Source: an uncultured Actinomycetes bacterium (lineage in GTDB: Bacteria > Actinomycetota > Thermoleophilia > RBG-16-64-13). Taken from it: DNA of 64,000 bases. This document shows, piece after piece, positions 19,501-28,595 of the stretch; within the stretch, counting starts at the first letter, position 1; the number at the start of each line of letters is the position of its first letter. The notes under the pieces are model-generated. The model saw nothing but the letters and a program-made list of their open reading frames with translations. It was not told the DNA's origin and did not search any database. The DNA lies in assembly GCA_963706025.1 (NCBI GenBank), contig CAVPLM010000005.1, forward strand, positions 64,001 to 128,000, given 5' to 3'. The position numbers and the translations under genes were made by a program.

Positions 19501-20170
19501 GATCGACGAAGGGGAGACCCAGTCCGGTCGCACCGTCGGCCTCATCGTCCACGCGTTACTCGAACGACATGCGCTCGACGAGGAGTGCCCGGCCCCCGAT
19601 CTCCTTCGCCTGGAGGCGGCCGACTCGGCTCAGCAGGTGGCCGCCGATGTCTGCCTCTCGGAGGCCGACCAGGAGCGCGCCCTCTCCCTGACCCAGGCTT
19701 TCTGGCGTTCGCCCTTCCCGAGAGATCAAGCCCTTGCCCGTGCTACCCGGGAGACGTCGTTCGTGTTCACCCTGGACGACACCATCGTGTCCGGGGTGAT
19801 GGACCTGATGTGGCTGGACGAGGGCGTCTGCCACATCGTGGACTACAAGACCAACGCCCTCGATGGGCGCGCGCTCGCCGAGGTGGCCGCCGGCTATGAG
19901 CTACAGGGAGCCGTCTATGCTCTGGCCGCGCTCCGAGCGGGTGCCGAGGCCGTGCTGATGCACTTCTTGTTCCTGGAACGGCCGGAGGCCCCCGTAAGCC
20001 GATCGTTCGATCGGGGCGATGAGCCACGCCTGGAGTCCATGCTCGAACAAGTGCTTGGCCGGATGAGGCAGGGTGACTTCGCCGCGCAGCCTGGAGGAGA
20101 TTGCCCTCGCTGCTCGGTCGGGACGCTCTGTGCAGGAATGGCCGGCTCCATCGGTCATGGTATACAATAG
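16556..20170 (+). CDS. addA: AddA/AdnB-like UvrD helicase-nuclease subunit
   Basis: GTGA overlap with addB; AGAGSGKT, VTFT.KAA, IDEFQDTN, VGDERQSIYRFRGA, NYRS, MTVHQAKGLEF, LYVAMTRA; C-terminal nuclease GVMDL..VDYKT. Confidence 0.9.
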   Translation: MRTTADMALSDVQEAAAFDTNERVLVAAGAGSGKTRLLVACFVRALVDEGLPPERLVAVTFTRKAAAELMTRIRGRLQDLGHPGLALALDAATVGTIHSLCAGLLRERPLEAGVDPAFSILEAEAAALVKREVRDKVWDQAVEGAEEAELDVLGSHSGLLREEVVSLYERLRGAGQERPRLMIPPGRPAEHARTALAEAVREALSAGSAVSRRSISLESDLAVLEKCLSWIDDPDPALDPEDQLRLSESFFPSRKTSSVEPYFEPVRAALTIYRCSLAEHQLRPVVAAVNDLLARFHRAYEAYKRERSLLDFTDLELRARALLREEGGSAAEADAPGPRVMIDEFQDTNELQCSILEGLGASRLLMVGDERQSIYRFRGADVEVFRRREAEFELQGGHNKGPSGSIHRLVVNYRSRAEILAFINRLFADERFFGSRFVALGYGRDDHGRDEHDCDGHGRDRPSVGGAADPGLGRPPVAVEVLAVERLEKPGPDARSRLMQEAEAQAVASCVRRLLDEERWEPREIVVLTPAQTHVDLYQQALLDRGVEVYVVGGKGYYGRDEIADLTALLRLLVNPHDDLGLVTVLRSPIVGLSDDGLYLLGSEARARRARSLWEVVREGAIPGIGEADRELLFDFVARLMVLRRRVGRPGLARLIDDAVSDCGYDVCLLTSTEGRRRFANVRKLMRIADDYEALRGPDLAGFVSAIESMGDLSDKEGSAPTLAEGENVVRVMTVHQAKGLEFPVVVLAGLGSDVPRGSRPRFALSGDGRMGVFLKGSGHKTYESGDLSWGPAAEIVAEETAKEREEDVRLLYVAMTRAEERLVLVGAKPVGKGLDGCRIGRIAMALGFDTLPGVDTTVPVEGLDAIVVGATASAAETEGRHGAGAEREQALSAGPGRQEAQEPPGPCPSFVECASRGASPRQVSFSALALYLRCPRRFYLERLLGLQLDPVGTPVSSGTRSSRYGEEPDSGPETPSAEEELIDEGETQSGRTVGLIVHALLERHALDEECPAPDLLRLEAADSAQQVAADVCLSEADQERALSLTQAFWRSPFPRDQALARATRETSFVFTLDDTIVSGVMDLMWLDEGVCHIVDYKTNALDGRALAEVAAGYELQGAVYALAALRAGAEAVLMHFLFLERPEAPVSRSFDRGDEPRLESMLEQVLGRMRQGDFAAQPGGDCPRCSVGTLCAGMAGSIGHGIQ

Positions 20171-20201
20171 GCGACCGCGCCAGGGCGGGAACGCATGAGG
20201 G

Positions 20202-20278
20202 CGGGGTGTAGCGCAGCCTGGTAGCGCGCATCGTTCGGGACGATGAGGTCCCGGGTTCAAATCCCGGCACCCCGACCA
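20202..20278 (+). tRNA. tRNA-Pro(CGG)
   Basis: CGGGGTG/CACCCCG acceptor, anticodon arm CATCG-TTCGGGA-CGATG, GGTTCAAATCC, encoded CCA. Confidence 0.96.
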
Positions 20279-20280
20279 TG

Positions 20281-20318
20281 GACAGCAATGAGCCGCGATC
20301 GCGGCTCTCTGTCTTTCT
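20281..20318 (+). terminator. hairpin terminator after tRNA-Pro
   Basis: Perfect 18-nt palindrome GAGCCGCGATCGCGGCTC (20290-20307) with outer GACAG/CTGTC pairing, then TTTCT. Confidence 0.6.
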
Positions 20319-20380
20319 GGTGGCTCCCGCCGGAGGCTCGCCGTCGCGTAGGCGGCCCGTCCTCGCGCAGAGAGCCCGCG

Positions 20381-21598
20381 CTAGGGATTCTGCACGTAGA
20401 TGACCACGAGGACGTGTCCTCCGGCCTCGTCCGGCGGTACCCACTCGACGCCATCTTCCTGGTCCCCAGAGGGAAGCAAGGTGGAGGTCGTGAAGTTCCA
20501 GTTCATGACGGCGGGTTGAGGGGCCCTGTCGGCGGCAAGCACACAAAGGTCTCTCTTGTTTTCGAGCAGGCGGGCATTGGCCTCGGCAGCTCCTGCCGGC
20601 GGCGCCACGATCAGGCCGACTACGAGCCCTACGGAGGTTGCTATGGAGCGCACCAGGTCGACCAACTCCTCTGCGTCTTCCCGGGGAAGGTAAGCCGCGA
20701 ACGTCGGGCCTCCCAGCCAGAGGCTTGCATCCAATGGCGTCAGCCCTGTGAAAGTGGTGATCTGAGAAGCGACGTCCTCCACTTGCTTGGCGGAGACCAC
20801 TCCAGTCTCGTCACCGGCCGAGGTCTCGCTGGTGGACTCGGTAGCGGTCGAGCTGACCTCAGTGGATCCAGAGTCGTCAGACTGCTCCGGGGCGGCAGCC
20901 ATGAAGGCAAGGTACGCGGGAGCCTCGGCGTCGCCAAGCTCGGCGACCATGGCCTTCTTGTCCACCGTGAACACGGGCTCGGCGAGTCCTGACGCCGCCA
21001 TGGGGACAGTAGACTCCGTGCCACCCGCGGCAACGTCCGTCGCCGTCGTGGTCGCCGCGGCCGCCGTGGTGCTGGTGGCGCTGAGCGTCGCCTCCCGGGT
21101 AGTGTTGTCGGACGCCTGTTCCGCGGCCGCGACGGGCTGGGAGGTATCCCCACCCTCTGTGGAGAGGTCGTTGCCCGACCGGACCACTCCGTACCCTATT
21201 ACTGCCGCCAAGAGCGCGACCACCGCGATGGTGGCGGGAATCCAGGGTCTGATCCTTTTGTTCCACGTGGCCGACCAGCCTTTCGGCTCTTCCTTTCGCG
21301 GCGCAGCTACCGGCTGAGAGGGGAACAAGACCTCGCCGAGTACTCGATCCTCGAGATCGATCGGGGGGTCGTCGAGATAGGTCTCTTGCAGGAAGGTGAC
21401 CACGCTCTGCTGGGTGCGCAGGCGGGCGGCGCATTCGGGGCATTCTCGGAGGTGGCTCTGGATCGCGGCCTTGGCTTCGGGAGCCGCTCGCCCGTCCAGA
21501 TAGTCGACGGCCAGTTCGGCCCACTCATCCAGGTGGCCGGAAGGCACGGGCATAGACGCCCGTCCGTGACCGTCTTTTTCGTTGCCCCTTGACATCAT
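20381..21598 (-). CDS. zinc-binding (ZAS) transmembrane anti-sigma factor
   Basis: YLDG...HLRECPEC (HxxxCxxC), a single TM helix, and a Ser/Thr/Ala-rich extracellular domain; coupled to the sigma gene. Confidence 0.85.
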   Translation of the reverse strand: MMSRGNEKDGHGRASMPVPSGHLDEWAELAVDYLDGRAAPEAKAAIQSHLRECPECAARLRTQQSVVTFLQETYLDDPPIDLEDRVLGEVLFPSQPVAAPRKEEPKGWSATWNKRIRPWIPATIAVVALLAAVIGYGVVRSGNDLSTEGGDTSQPVAAAEQASDNTTREATLSATSTTAAAATTTATDVAAGGTESTVPMAASGLAEPVFTVDKKAMVAELGDAEAPAYLAFMAAAPEQSDDSGSTEVSSTATESTSETSAGDETGVVSAKQVEDVASQITTFTGLTPLDASLWLGGPTFAAYLPREDAEELVDLVRSIATSVGLVVGLIVAPPAGAAEANARLLENKRDLCVLAADRAPQPAVMNWNFTTSTLLPSGDQEDGVEWVPPDEAGGHVLVVIYVQNP

Positions 21599-22251
21599 CC
21601 ATCTTCCCCTATTGTGCCCTGTCGTGTGACGCCGTCCCCATGCCCGGGGTTCCGTGCGCCCGGCAAGTCATAACCGGCCTCGATCAAGGCGGCAGCAAGC
21701 GCCTCGCGAGCTCGAAAGATGCGGGACTTGATGGTCCCTTCTTGCACACCCAGGATCTCGGCGGCCTCGTTGTAAGGGAAGCCCAGTAGGTCACAGAGCA
21801 CCACGGCGAAACGGAAGCCTTCGTTCAGACTCATTAATGCTTGACGGAGGGGATCGGATAGGCCGTCGAGTGCCGGATCGGTGCCTTGCCGGCCCGATCC
21901 CACGACAGCCCCGGATCCGGATGGGCTGGAGAGATCAGCGATGATCTCGGCGTCCATCGGCTCCGGTCTCTGGCGACGAAGGTGATCGTAAGCCGCGTTC
22001 ACCACGATGCGATGCAACCAGGTGGTGAAACGCGCTTCTCCCTTGAAGGAATCCAGGCTCCGAAAGGCCTTGATGAAGGCTTCCTGAGAAACGTCGGCCG
22101 CATCCCAGGGATTTCCCAGCGTGCGCAAAGCCAGGTTGTATACGCGGCGCTCATGGCGCCGGTAGAGCTCGGTCACGGCGTCGCTATCGCCTTCACGGGC
22201 GCGTTGGACAAGATGGGCGTCCGCATCCCGCACTTGTTCGATCGCACTCAA
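21595..22251 (-). CDS. ECF sigma-70 factor (start TTG 22251 probable)
   Basis: D..LV..A..GD..A..ELY.RH, DAADVSQEAF, F.TWL.RI..N, and region 4 EAAEILGVQEGTIKSRIFRAR. Confidence 0.92.
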   Translation of the reverse strand: MSAIEQVRDADAHLVQRAREGDSDAVTELYRRHERRVYNLALRTLGNPWDAADVSQEAFIKAFRSLDSFKGEARFTTWLHRIVVNAAYDHLRRQRPEPMDAEIIADLSSPSGSGAVVGSGRQGTDPALDGLSDPLRQALMSLNEGFRFAVVLCDLLGFPYNEAAEILGVQEGTIKSRIFRAREALAAALIEAGYDLPGARNPGHGDGVTRQGTIGEDG

Positions 22252-22477
22252 GCTGACTCTGGACTCCTCTGGCTCGAATCGGCCTGTATGACCTCTCATT
22301 CTAACAGCGCCGTCGCCGCAAAGGCCCCGGTGCTCGAGTGCCTTAAGCGCCCCTGCGTCCTCGGCGCCGGCGGACTCCCTGCCCTACGGGACTCGCGCAG
22401 CCTTCGCGCCAGAGAGCCCTCGTCGCTATGGTAACGTCGATCGGGAACGATATCGGTGCAAGGAGGTGACGGTACCC

Positions 22478-22867
22478 ATGGCAGAGGAAGAGGAAAGCGG
22501 ACCGGATGTTGATGAAGCGGAGATGATGCAACAGCTGCGCCAGGAACTGCAGAACCTGACGGTGAGCGACCACCTGCTCTTCATGATGCACTCCTTGTCG
22601 GCGCTGGCGGTCGATCGCCTGGGTCTGACGGGGGAGGCGGGCGCCCGCCGGGACCTGGACGAGGCGCGGCTCGCCATCGACGCCTTCAAAGCTCTGGTCG
22701 AGTTGGTGGGAAGAGTGCGGCCGCCGGAGGAGATGGCCGTTCACCGAGACGTGCTTTCGCAACTGCAGATGAACTACGTCGGCGTCCTTGGCGGCGGCGG
22801 GTCCGAAGACGCGCCGGCCGACACGCCGGCCGACGCGCCGGCGGACACGCCGGGGAGCGAAGACTGA
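22478..22867 (+). CDS. small acidic protein, DUF1844-like
   Basis: AGGAGG RBS; LA..RLGL...[10 protein letters not shown]...L.QLQMNYV pattern. Confidence 0.6.
   Translation: MAEEEESGPDVDEAEMMQQLRQELQNLTVSDHLLFMMHSLSALAVDRLGLTGEAGARRDLDEARLAIDAFKALVELVGRVRPPEEMAVHRDVLSQLQMNYVGVLGGGGSEDAPADTPADAPADTPGSED
22808..22855 (+). repeat. four copies of a 12-bp tandem unit (GACRCGCCGGSS)
   Basis: Encodes [16 protein letters not shown]. Confidence 0.7.
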
Positions 22868-22974
22868 CGGCTCCCGCGTGGTAGGCTGTTTCGGAAGCGG
22901 GGCCCGAGGTGGGTTGCCGTCGGATCGAGGCCATCGCGAGGAGCTGCGCGGCCGCACGTCCCTGAAGGAGGAGC

Positions 22975-23835
22975 ATGTCGGTCCAGATTGGCATCATCGG
23001 TGGGAGCGGGCTCTACGACATGGAGGAACTGACGGACCGCAGGAGGTCCGGCTGTCGACGCCGTTCGGCGACCCGAGCGGGCCCTATGTGACCGCGACGC
23101 TGCGCGGGCGTCGCGTAGCGTTCCTGGCCCGGCACGGGGCCGGCCACCGGATCCTGCCGTCGGAGCTGAACTTCCGCGCCAACATCTACGGATTCAAGCT
23201 TCTCGGCGTCGAGCGGATCTTCTCGGCGAGCGCGGTCGGCAGCCTCAAAGAAGAGTACCCACCGCTCGACGTGGTCGTGCCGGACCAGTTCTTCGACAGG
23301 ACCCGCGGGCGGATCAGCACCTTCTTCGGCGGCGGCATCGCAGGGCACGTGTCGTTCGCGCACCCGGTCTGCCCCGATCTGAGCCGGATAGCGTTCGAGT
23401 CGGCGCAGGCGGCGGGCGCGCACGCCCACAGGGGCGGCACCTACGTGTGCATAGAGGGGCCCCAGTTCTCGACGCTGGCCGAGTCGCAGCTCTACCGGAG
23501 CTGGGGAATGGACGTCATCGGGATGACGAACCTTCAGGAAGCGAAGCTGGCCCGCGAAGCCGAGATCTGCTACACGACCATCGCGCTCGTCACCGATTAC
23601 GACTGCTGGCATCCCGAGCACGATCACGTGACCGTGGACATGATCGTCGCGAACCTGCATCCGGAACGCCGAGATGGCGCAGAAGCTGATCGCGGAGGCT
23701 GTCGGGCGCGTGCCGGACGAGCGCGGCTGCGCGTGCGCCAGCGCGCTGGCGGCGGCGATCATCACGAGCCCCGACGCGATTCCCGCGGACACGAAGCGGG
23801 ATCTCGCCCCGATCATCGGCAAGTACGTCAGGTGA
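22975..23835 (+). CDS. mtnP: S-methyl-5'-thioadenosine phosphorylase; apparent frameshifts near 23041 and 23660
   Basis: GGAGGAG RBS; [43 protein letters not shown]...[12 protein letters not shown] and VTDYDCW. Confidence 0.88.
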
Positions 23836-23842
23836 GGTGCGC

Positions 23843-24760
23843 ATGAACCCGATTCTGGCCGTCGGTTCGGTGGCGTTCGATACCATCAAGAACCCGTTCG
23901 GTGAGGCGTCGCGCGTTGTCGGGGGCTCGGCCACGTACTTCTCCGTGGCGGCGTCGTTCTTCACCGAGGTGAGACTCGTGGCCGTGGTTGGCGAGGACTT
24001 CGCGGGCCGGGGTGCGTCCGTGTTCGAGGGGCGTCCGATCGATCTTGCCGGTCTGCAGACCGTGCCCGGCGAGACCTTCCGCTGGAAGGGAGAGTACGGG
24101 TTCGACCTGAACACGCGGGAGACGATCTATACGAAACTGAACGTCTTCGAGCAGTTTGAGCCCGTCATACCCCAGGCCTACCGCTCGTCCCCGTTCGTGT
24201 TCCTGGGCAACATCCATCCCCGGCTCCAGCTCGACGTCCTGGACCAGGTGAAGGCGCCTCGTCTGGTGGCTGCCGATACGATGAACTACTGGATCGAGCG
24301 CACGCCGGATGACCTGCGCGAGGTGCTGAAGCGCGTCGACGTGCTGATCATCAACGATTCCGAGGCGAGGGAACTGTCGCATGAGGCCAACCTCGTCAAG
24401 GCCGCGCGCGCCATCCGGTCGATGGGGCCTTGCACGGTCGTCATCAAGCGCGGCGAGCACGGCGTACTGATGACGTGTCCGGGTGAAGGAGAGTTCTTCG
24501 CGGCGCCCGCCATGCCGCTCGAGGAGGTCTTCGATCCGACGGGGGCCGGCGACACGTTTGCCGGCGGCTTCATCGGCTCACTCGCAGCGTGCGGCGAGAA
24601 CACCGACGCCGCGATGGCGCGCGCCATCATCTACGGCAGCACGCTCGCGTCGTTCGCGGTCGAAGACTTCAGCCTGGATCGTCTCCTGCGCCTGACGCAG
24701 GACGAGATCAGGGACCGCTTCCGCCAATTCAAGCGCCTGACCTATTTCGACGAGGGCTAG
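23843..24760 (+). CDS. PfkB-family carbohydrate/nucleoside kinase
   Basis: VGSVAFD, GGSATY, INDSEA, IKRGEHG and [12 protein letters not shown]. Confidence 0.92.
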   Translation: MNPILAVGSVAFDTIKNPFGEASRVVGGSATYFSVAASFFTEVRLVAVVGEDFAGRGASVFEGRPIDLAGLQTVPGETFRWKGEYGFDLNTRETIYTKLNVFEQFEPVIPQAYRSSPFVFLGNIHPRLQLDVLDQVKAPRLVAADTMNYWIERTPDDLREVLKRVDVLIINDSEARELSHEANLVKAARAIRSMGPCTVVIKRGEHGVLMTCPGEGEFFAAPAMPLEEVFDPTGAGDTFAGGFIGSLAACGENTDAAMARAIIYGSTLASFAVEDFSLDRLLRLTQDEIRDRFRQFKRLTYFDEG

Positions 24761-24928
24761 CCGACCCTCTAGTCTCTCCGTCCGGCTGCGGCGCGTGCCT
24801 GCGTGAACTGCGAGTGCGGCTGGGTCTTGGCGGGGGCCCGGAGCCGGCGGCCGGACGCGCGCCGTTACGGAAGCCTCCCGGCCGCCCGACGATGAGGCCG
24901 CCGGCGTGTCCCGGCGCCGGCCCGAGGA

Positions 24929-25306
24929 TCACTCGCCGGAGGAGGCCTCCTCGGGCTTTCCTTCGGCCGGGTACTCCACCACAAGCCCGTCCCCTTCGCG
25001 ACGAACGACGGTGTTCTGAATATGCGCAAGCACTGAAGACTTGCGGGTGTCGTCGGACTCACCCGCGAGCTTGACATCCATCTCCAGCACGTTCCCGTAC
25101 AGTTGCTCGACGAGCCTAATGGACTCCTCCGGGGTCAACTGAAGCGGCTTGAGAAGCGAGGCGACCTTGGCCAGGATGCCCTTGAGTGCTGTGAGCGACT
25201 CACCCTCCTGCATGTCGGTATCGCCCGTCCGGCGTTGTTGCTCGTCCTCCGGTTGACCGTCACGCCGGTCATCCCGCCGGTCATCCCGTCGGTCCCTCCT
25301 GCTCAC
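24929..25306 (-). CDS. hypothetical protein with N-terminal RDDR repeats
   Basis: GTG start overlaps the epimerase stop (GTGA); plausible helical composition. Confidence 0.6.
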   Translation of the reverse strand: MSRRDRRDDRRDDRRDGQPEDEQQRRTGDTDMQEGESLTALKGILAKVASLLKPLQLTPEESIRLVEQLYGNVLEMDVKLAGESDDTRKSSVLAHIQNTVVRREGDGLVVEYPAEGKPEEASSGE

Positions 25307-26238
25307 GGTAGTTTCCCCTTGGTCTGCCTGCGGTAGAAATCCACTGCCTCTGCCACCCCTTCGTTCAGACCCACCTTCCATATCCACCCCAACTCTCTCC
25401 CGGCCTTGGAGGCGTCCAAGGCGATATGCTCGACCTCTCCCGGCCGTACGGCGGCGAACACCGGCTCAGTATCCGAACCTACGGCCGCGCGTACGGTCTC
25501 GAATACCTCCAGGTCGCTCACCTCGATGCCTCGTCCAAGATTGTAGACGCCGCAGGCCGGGCTGTTAAGGGCGATGATGTTCGCTTCTACGATGTCGGCC
25601 ACGTAGCAGTAGTCGCGCGTCTTGGTGCCGTCACCGAATATCACCGGCTGCTGCCCGGTCAGCAACTGCAGAGAGAAGATGGCCACTACCCCCGCTTCCC
25701 CGTGAGGATCCTGCCTGGGACCATAGACGTTGGGATACCGGAGCACGATGTAATCGAGACCGTGATTGGCGTGATAAGCGAAAAGATAGTGCTCGACCGT
25801 ATGCTTGCTCACTCCGTACGGCGAGATGGGGTCGATAGGATGATCCTCGTCCACCGGCAGGTAGCTCGGCTCCCCGAAAAGGGCTCCTCCCGTCCCCGCG
25901 TACATGATCTTCCGTACGCGGTGTTCCCGGCAGCATTCGAGCAGGTTGAGCGAGCCCAGGATATTGATGGAGGCGTCGTAGGCGGGTTCTCGCACGGACC
26001 GGGTAACGTCGATGTGGGCCGCGTGGTGAATGACCAGCTCCGGTCGTTCGACGCGAAAGACACGATGAAGATCCTGGTCACAGATGTCGGTCTCGTAGAA
26101 GACCGCGCCCCCGGGTAGGTTCTCCCGCTTGCCGGTGACCAGGTTGTCCACGATGGCGACCTGATGGCCCAGGGCGAGCAGGCGATCGCTCAGGTGCGAG
26201 GCGATGAAGCCGGCTCCTCCGGTGACCAGTATCTTCAA
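25303..26238 (-). CDS. NAD-dependent UDP-sugar 4-epimerase (GalE-like SDR)
   Basis: GGAGFIAS, HHAA, YGVSK, RYPNVYGPRQ and GDG..TRDY.YV.D. Confidence 0.93.
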   Translation of the reverse strand: MKILVTGGAGFIASHLSDRLLALGHQVAIVDNLVTGKRENLPGGAVFYETDICDQDLHRVFRVERPELVIHHAAHIDVTRSVREPAYDASINILGSLNLLECCREHRVRKIMYAGTGGALFGEPSYLPVDEDHPIDPISPYGVSKHTVEHYLFAYHANHGLDYIVLRYPNVYGPRQDPHGEAGVVAIFSLQLLTGQQPVIFGDGTKTRDYCYVADIVEANIIALNSPACGVYNLGRGIEVSDLEVFETVRAAVGSDTEPVFAAVRPGEVEHIALDASKAGRELGWIWKVGLNEGVAEAVDFYRRQTKGKLP

Positions 26239-26366
26239 ACCCGCTCCTCCCTGCCGTGCCGTGGTCGCCTTTCGACGGCTCCAGTGTAGTCCACAAACGC
26301 CCGCAAGGTCAGGCCGTGGGGCGATACGCTATACTCTCGCGGCCGAAGCCGGAGACGCACGGACGA

Positions 26367-26443
26367 CGGGACGTGGCGCAGCCTGGTAGCGCACCTGCTT
26401 TGGGAGCAGGGGGTCGGAGGTTCAAATCCTCTCGTCCCGACCA
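26367..26443 (+). tRNA. tRNA-Pro(TGG)
   Basis: CGGGACG/CGTCCCG acceptor, CCTGC-TTTGGGA-GCAGG arm, CCA; upstream TATACT at 26330. Confidence 0.96.
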
Positions 26444-26474
26444 TGGTTCGGTTGGAGCAGCAGGACATGCGCAG

Positions 26475-26547
26475 GCGGGTGTAGCTCAGTTGGCAGAGCA
26501 TCGGCCTTCCAAGCCGTTTGTCGCGGGTTCGAATCCCGTCGCCCGCT
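26475..26547 (+). tRNA. tRNA-Gly(TCC)
   Basis: GCGGGTG/CGCCCGC acceptor, CTTCCAA anticodon loop, GGTTCGAATCC. Confidence 0.94.
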
Positions 26548-26587
26548 CTTTCGCCGGTCGAAAGCCACAGCGGCCGCGACGGCATGT

Positions 26588-26665
<78 letters not shown>

Positions 26666-26813
26666 TGTTGTAGGTATTTTCTCTCGGAACGGGGTCCGTT
26701 CCTCTCTCCATCCGCGCCATATGCTAGGCGTTTACGATGGGCGACTTTGAGGCGTGGGCTCGAAAGGGAGACCCTCTCGTCTGAGTTTCGTTCACTCTCC
26801 CGGCCGGCCGTTT

Positions 26814-26842
26814 TTGACAAGCTCATCCATGACGCGTAGTTT
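26814..26842 (+). promoter_or_regulatory. sigma70 promoter for islet cargo
   Basis: TTGACA (26814-26819), 17-nt spacer, TAGTTT (26837-26842). Confidence 0.75.
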
Positions 26843-26880
26843 TGGCGTGTCGAGGAGAGCAGATTTGTTGGAGGCCACCT

Positions 26881-28491
26881 ATGCGGTTACCTACGAGGGG
26901 CGGCTCTTGCGTCGCTTTCCTTTGTGTCCCAGTTCTGGTCCTTTTTCTGCTTTTCACTTCGTCCGCCTTGGCAGTTTCTTCCTTCTCGGATGTCCCCGAC
27001 ACCCATCCCTACGCGCCGGCCATCAACGACCTCAAGGGTCGAGGCATCATCAGCGGGTTCGCAGACGGGACCTTCCAGCCGAACAGTCAGATGACCCGGC
27101 AGCAGTTGGCGAAGGTGATCGTGAAGACCCTGGGGCTGACAGTTACCGGGGACGAGACCTGCCCGTTCAGCGACGTCGGTCAGGGGTTGAGTGCCGGCGA
27201 TCCCTTCTACCCGGACAAATACGTTGCCGTTTGTGCGGTGGCCGGCATCACGACGGGCAAGACAGCATCGGCCTTTGACCCTAATGGCGATGTGACGCGG
27301 GCCCAGCTCATCACCATGGTGGCCCGGGCCGCGGGGTTGGCGGACCCACCCGCATCCTACGTGCCTCCCTTCGGCGACTTCAGTGAGGCTCACTACCCGT
27401 GGGCGCGGAAAGCGGCCTACGCAGGACTGCTCGACGGCCTGCAGGGCATGGGACCGAGCTTCAATTTCTTCGCCTCCGCCACGAGGGGAGAGGTGGCGGA
27501 GGTGCTGACAGGTGACAGGCGCTACGGCGTGGACTACTCCATGACCAAAGTCGACTGGCCCACCTTCTTCCGCCGGCTCAAAGCCTCCGGCCGCGATTTC
27601 GTCGGGCGCTATCTACCGTGGAAGGGGGCCGCGTGGCGGCAGGTCAGCAAGGCCGAACTCCAGGCGGCGACCGCCGCCGGTGTCGACTTCTTCTTCTGGT
27701 TCGAGGACTCCGACAACCACTTCGCGGCCCGTAACGGCTTCGCGCAGGGAGCGGCGGATGCTCAGGAAGCTCTGCGCGCCCTCGAGAGGCTCGGTGTCCC
27801 GACCGACACCCCTGTCTACTACACGGTCGACTTCCCCGCCTCGGACGGTAGTGAGATCGACGCCTACTTCCGGGGCGTCGTCTCGGTGGTACCCGTCTCC
27901 CAAGTGGGCGTCTATGGCAACTACGTGACCATCGACTGGATCTACGAGCATGGCCTTGCGACCTACTTCTGCCAATCAAACGCTTGGCCTCAGCCGCAGG
28001 GCTGGCATCCCCAGGCCCAGATGCGTCAGGACGTGACCGGGCTCTGGATCGGCGGTGTCCATTGCGACAGGCTCACGGTGACGGCGGATGACTTCGGCCA
28101 GTGTCGCCGCCGGGAGCAGTCCGACCCGCGATTCCACTACACCGGCACCTGGTCCAGCATCGGCCAGACCCTCGCCTCCGGGGGCAGCTACAGAAGGTCG
28201 TCTACGCCTGGGGCCTCGGTCACCGTCTACTTCCATGGCACCCGCCTGGACTGGATGGCGGTGAAGGGCCTCACCCCCGGGGTGGCCGACGTCTACCTCG
28301 ACGGAGTGAAGAAGGCGACAATCGACCTGGCCGCCCCGGCATCCACCTACCAGGTGAACGCCTGGTCTACCGGCAGCCTCCCCGAGGGCGACCACATGGT
28401 GGAGATCGTCCGCAGCTCAAGCAGCACCACGGGCAAGTACCTCACCCTCGATGCCCTGGACGTCTGGGGGACGATGAGGACCGGGCCGTAG
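26881..28491 (+). CDS. secreted SLH-domain protein with a DUF1906/Rv2525c-like hydrolase domain and a C-terminal beta-sandwich
   Basis: Signal peptide; FSDV..HPY..I..L..GII.G..DGTF.P...TR SLH repeats; GVDYS..FVGRYL..VYYTVDF..GVYGN TIM-barrel; VADVYLDG module. Confidence 0.8.
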   Translation: MRLPTRGGSCVAFLCVPVLVLFLLFTSSALAVSSFSDVPDTHPYAPAINDLKGRGIISGFADGTFQPNSQMTRQQLAKVIVKTLGLTVTGDETCPFSDVGQGLSAGDPFYPDKYVAVCAVAGITTGKTASAFDPNGDVTRAQLITMVARAAGLADPPASYVPPFGDFSEAHYPWARKAAYAGLLDGLQGMGPSFNFFASATRGEVAEVLTGDRRYGVDYSMTKVDWPTFFRRLKASGRDFVGRYLPWKGAAWRQVSKAELQAATAAGVDFFFWFEDSDNHFAARNGFAQGAADAQEALRALERLGVPTDTPVYYTVDFPASDGSEIDAYFRGVVSVVPVSQVGVYGNYVTIDWIYEHGLATYFCQSNAWPQPQGWHPQAQMRQDVTGLWIGGVHCDRLTVTADDFGQCRRREQSDPRFHYTGTWSSIGQTLASGGSYRRSSTPGASVTVYFHGTRLDWMAVKGLTPGVADVYLDGVKKATIDLAAPASTYQVNAWSTGSLPEGDHMVEIVRSSSSTTGKYLTLDALDVWGTMRTGP

Positions 28492-28595
28492 ACGGGGCCG
28501 AACCAGAAGCCACGCTTGGCCGTTGGGGGCGTCTGCTTCTATCGCGCCCTCAAGAGCGGTACAGTGAAGAGAAGGACGATGCCAGGGGGAGGACC

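Noticed and set aside
13584-20170. Cas4/CRISPR or anti-phage defence system inferred from WYL plus PD-(D/E)xK Fe-S nucleases
   Set aside because: No repeat-spacer array or cas genes; the architecture fits housekeeping AddAB and PafBC.
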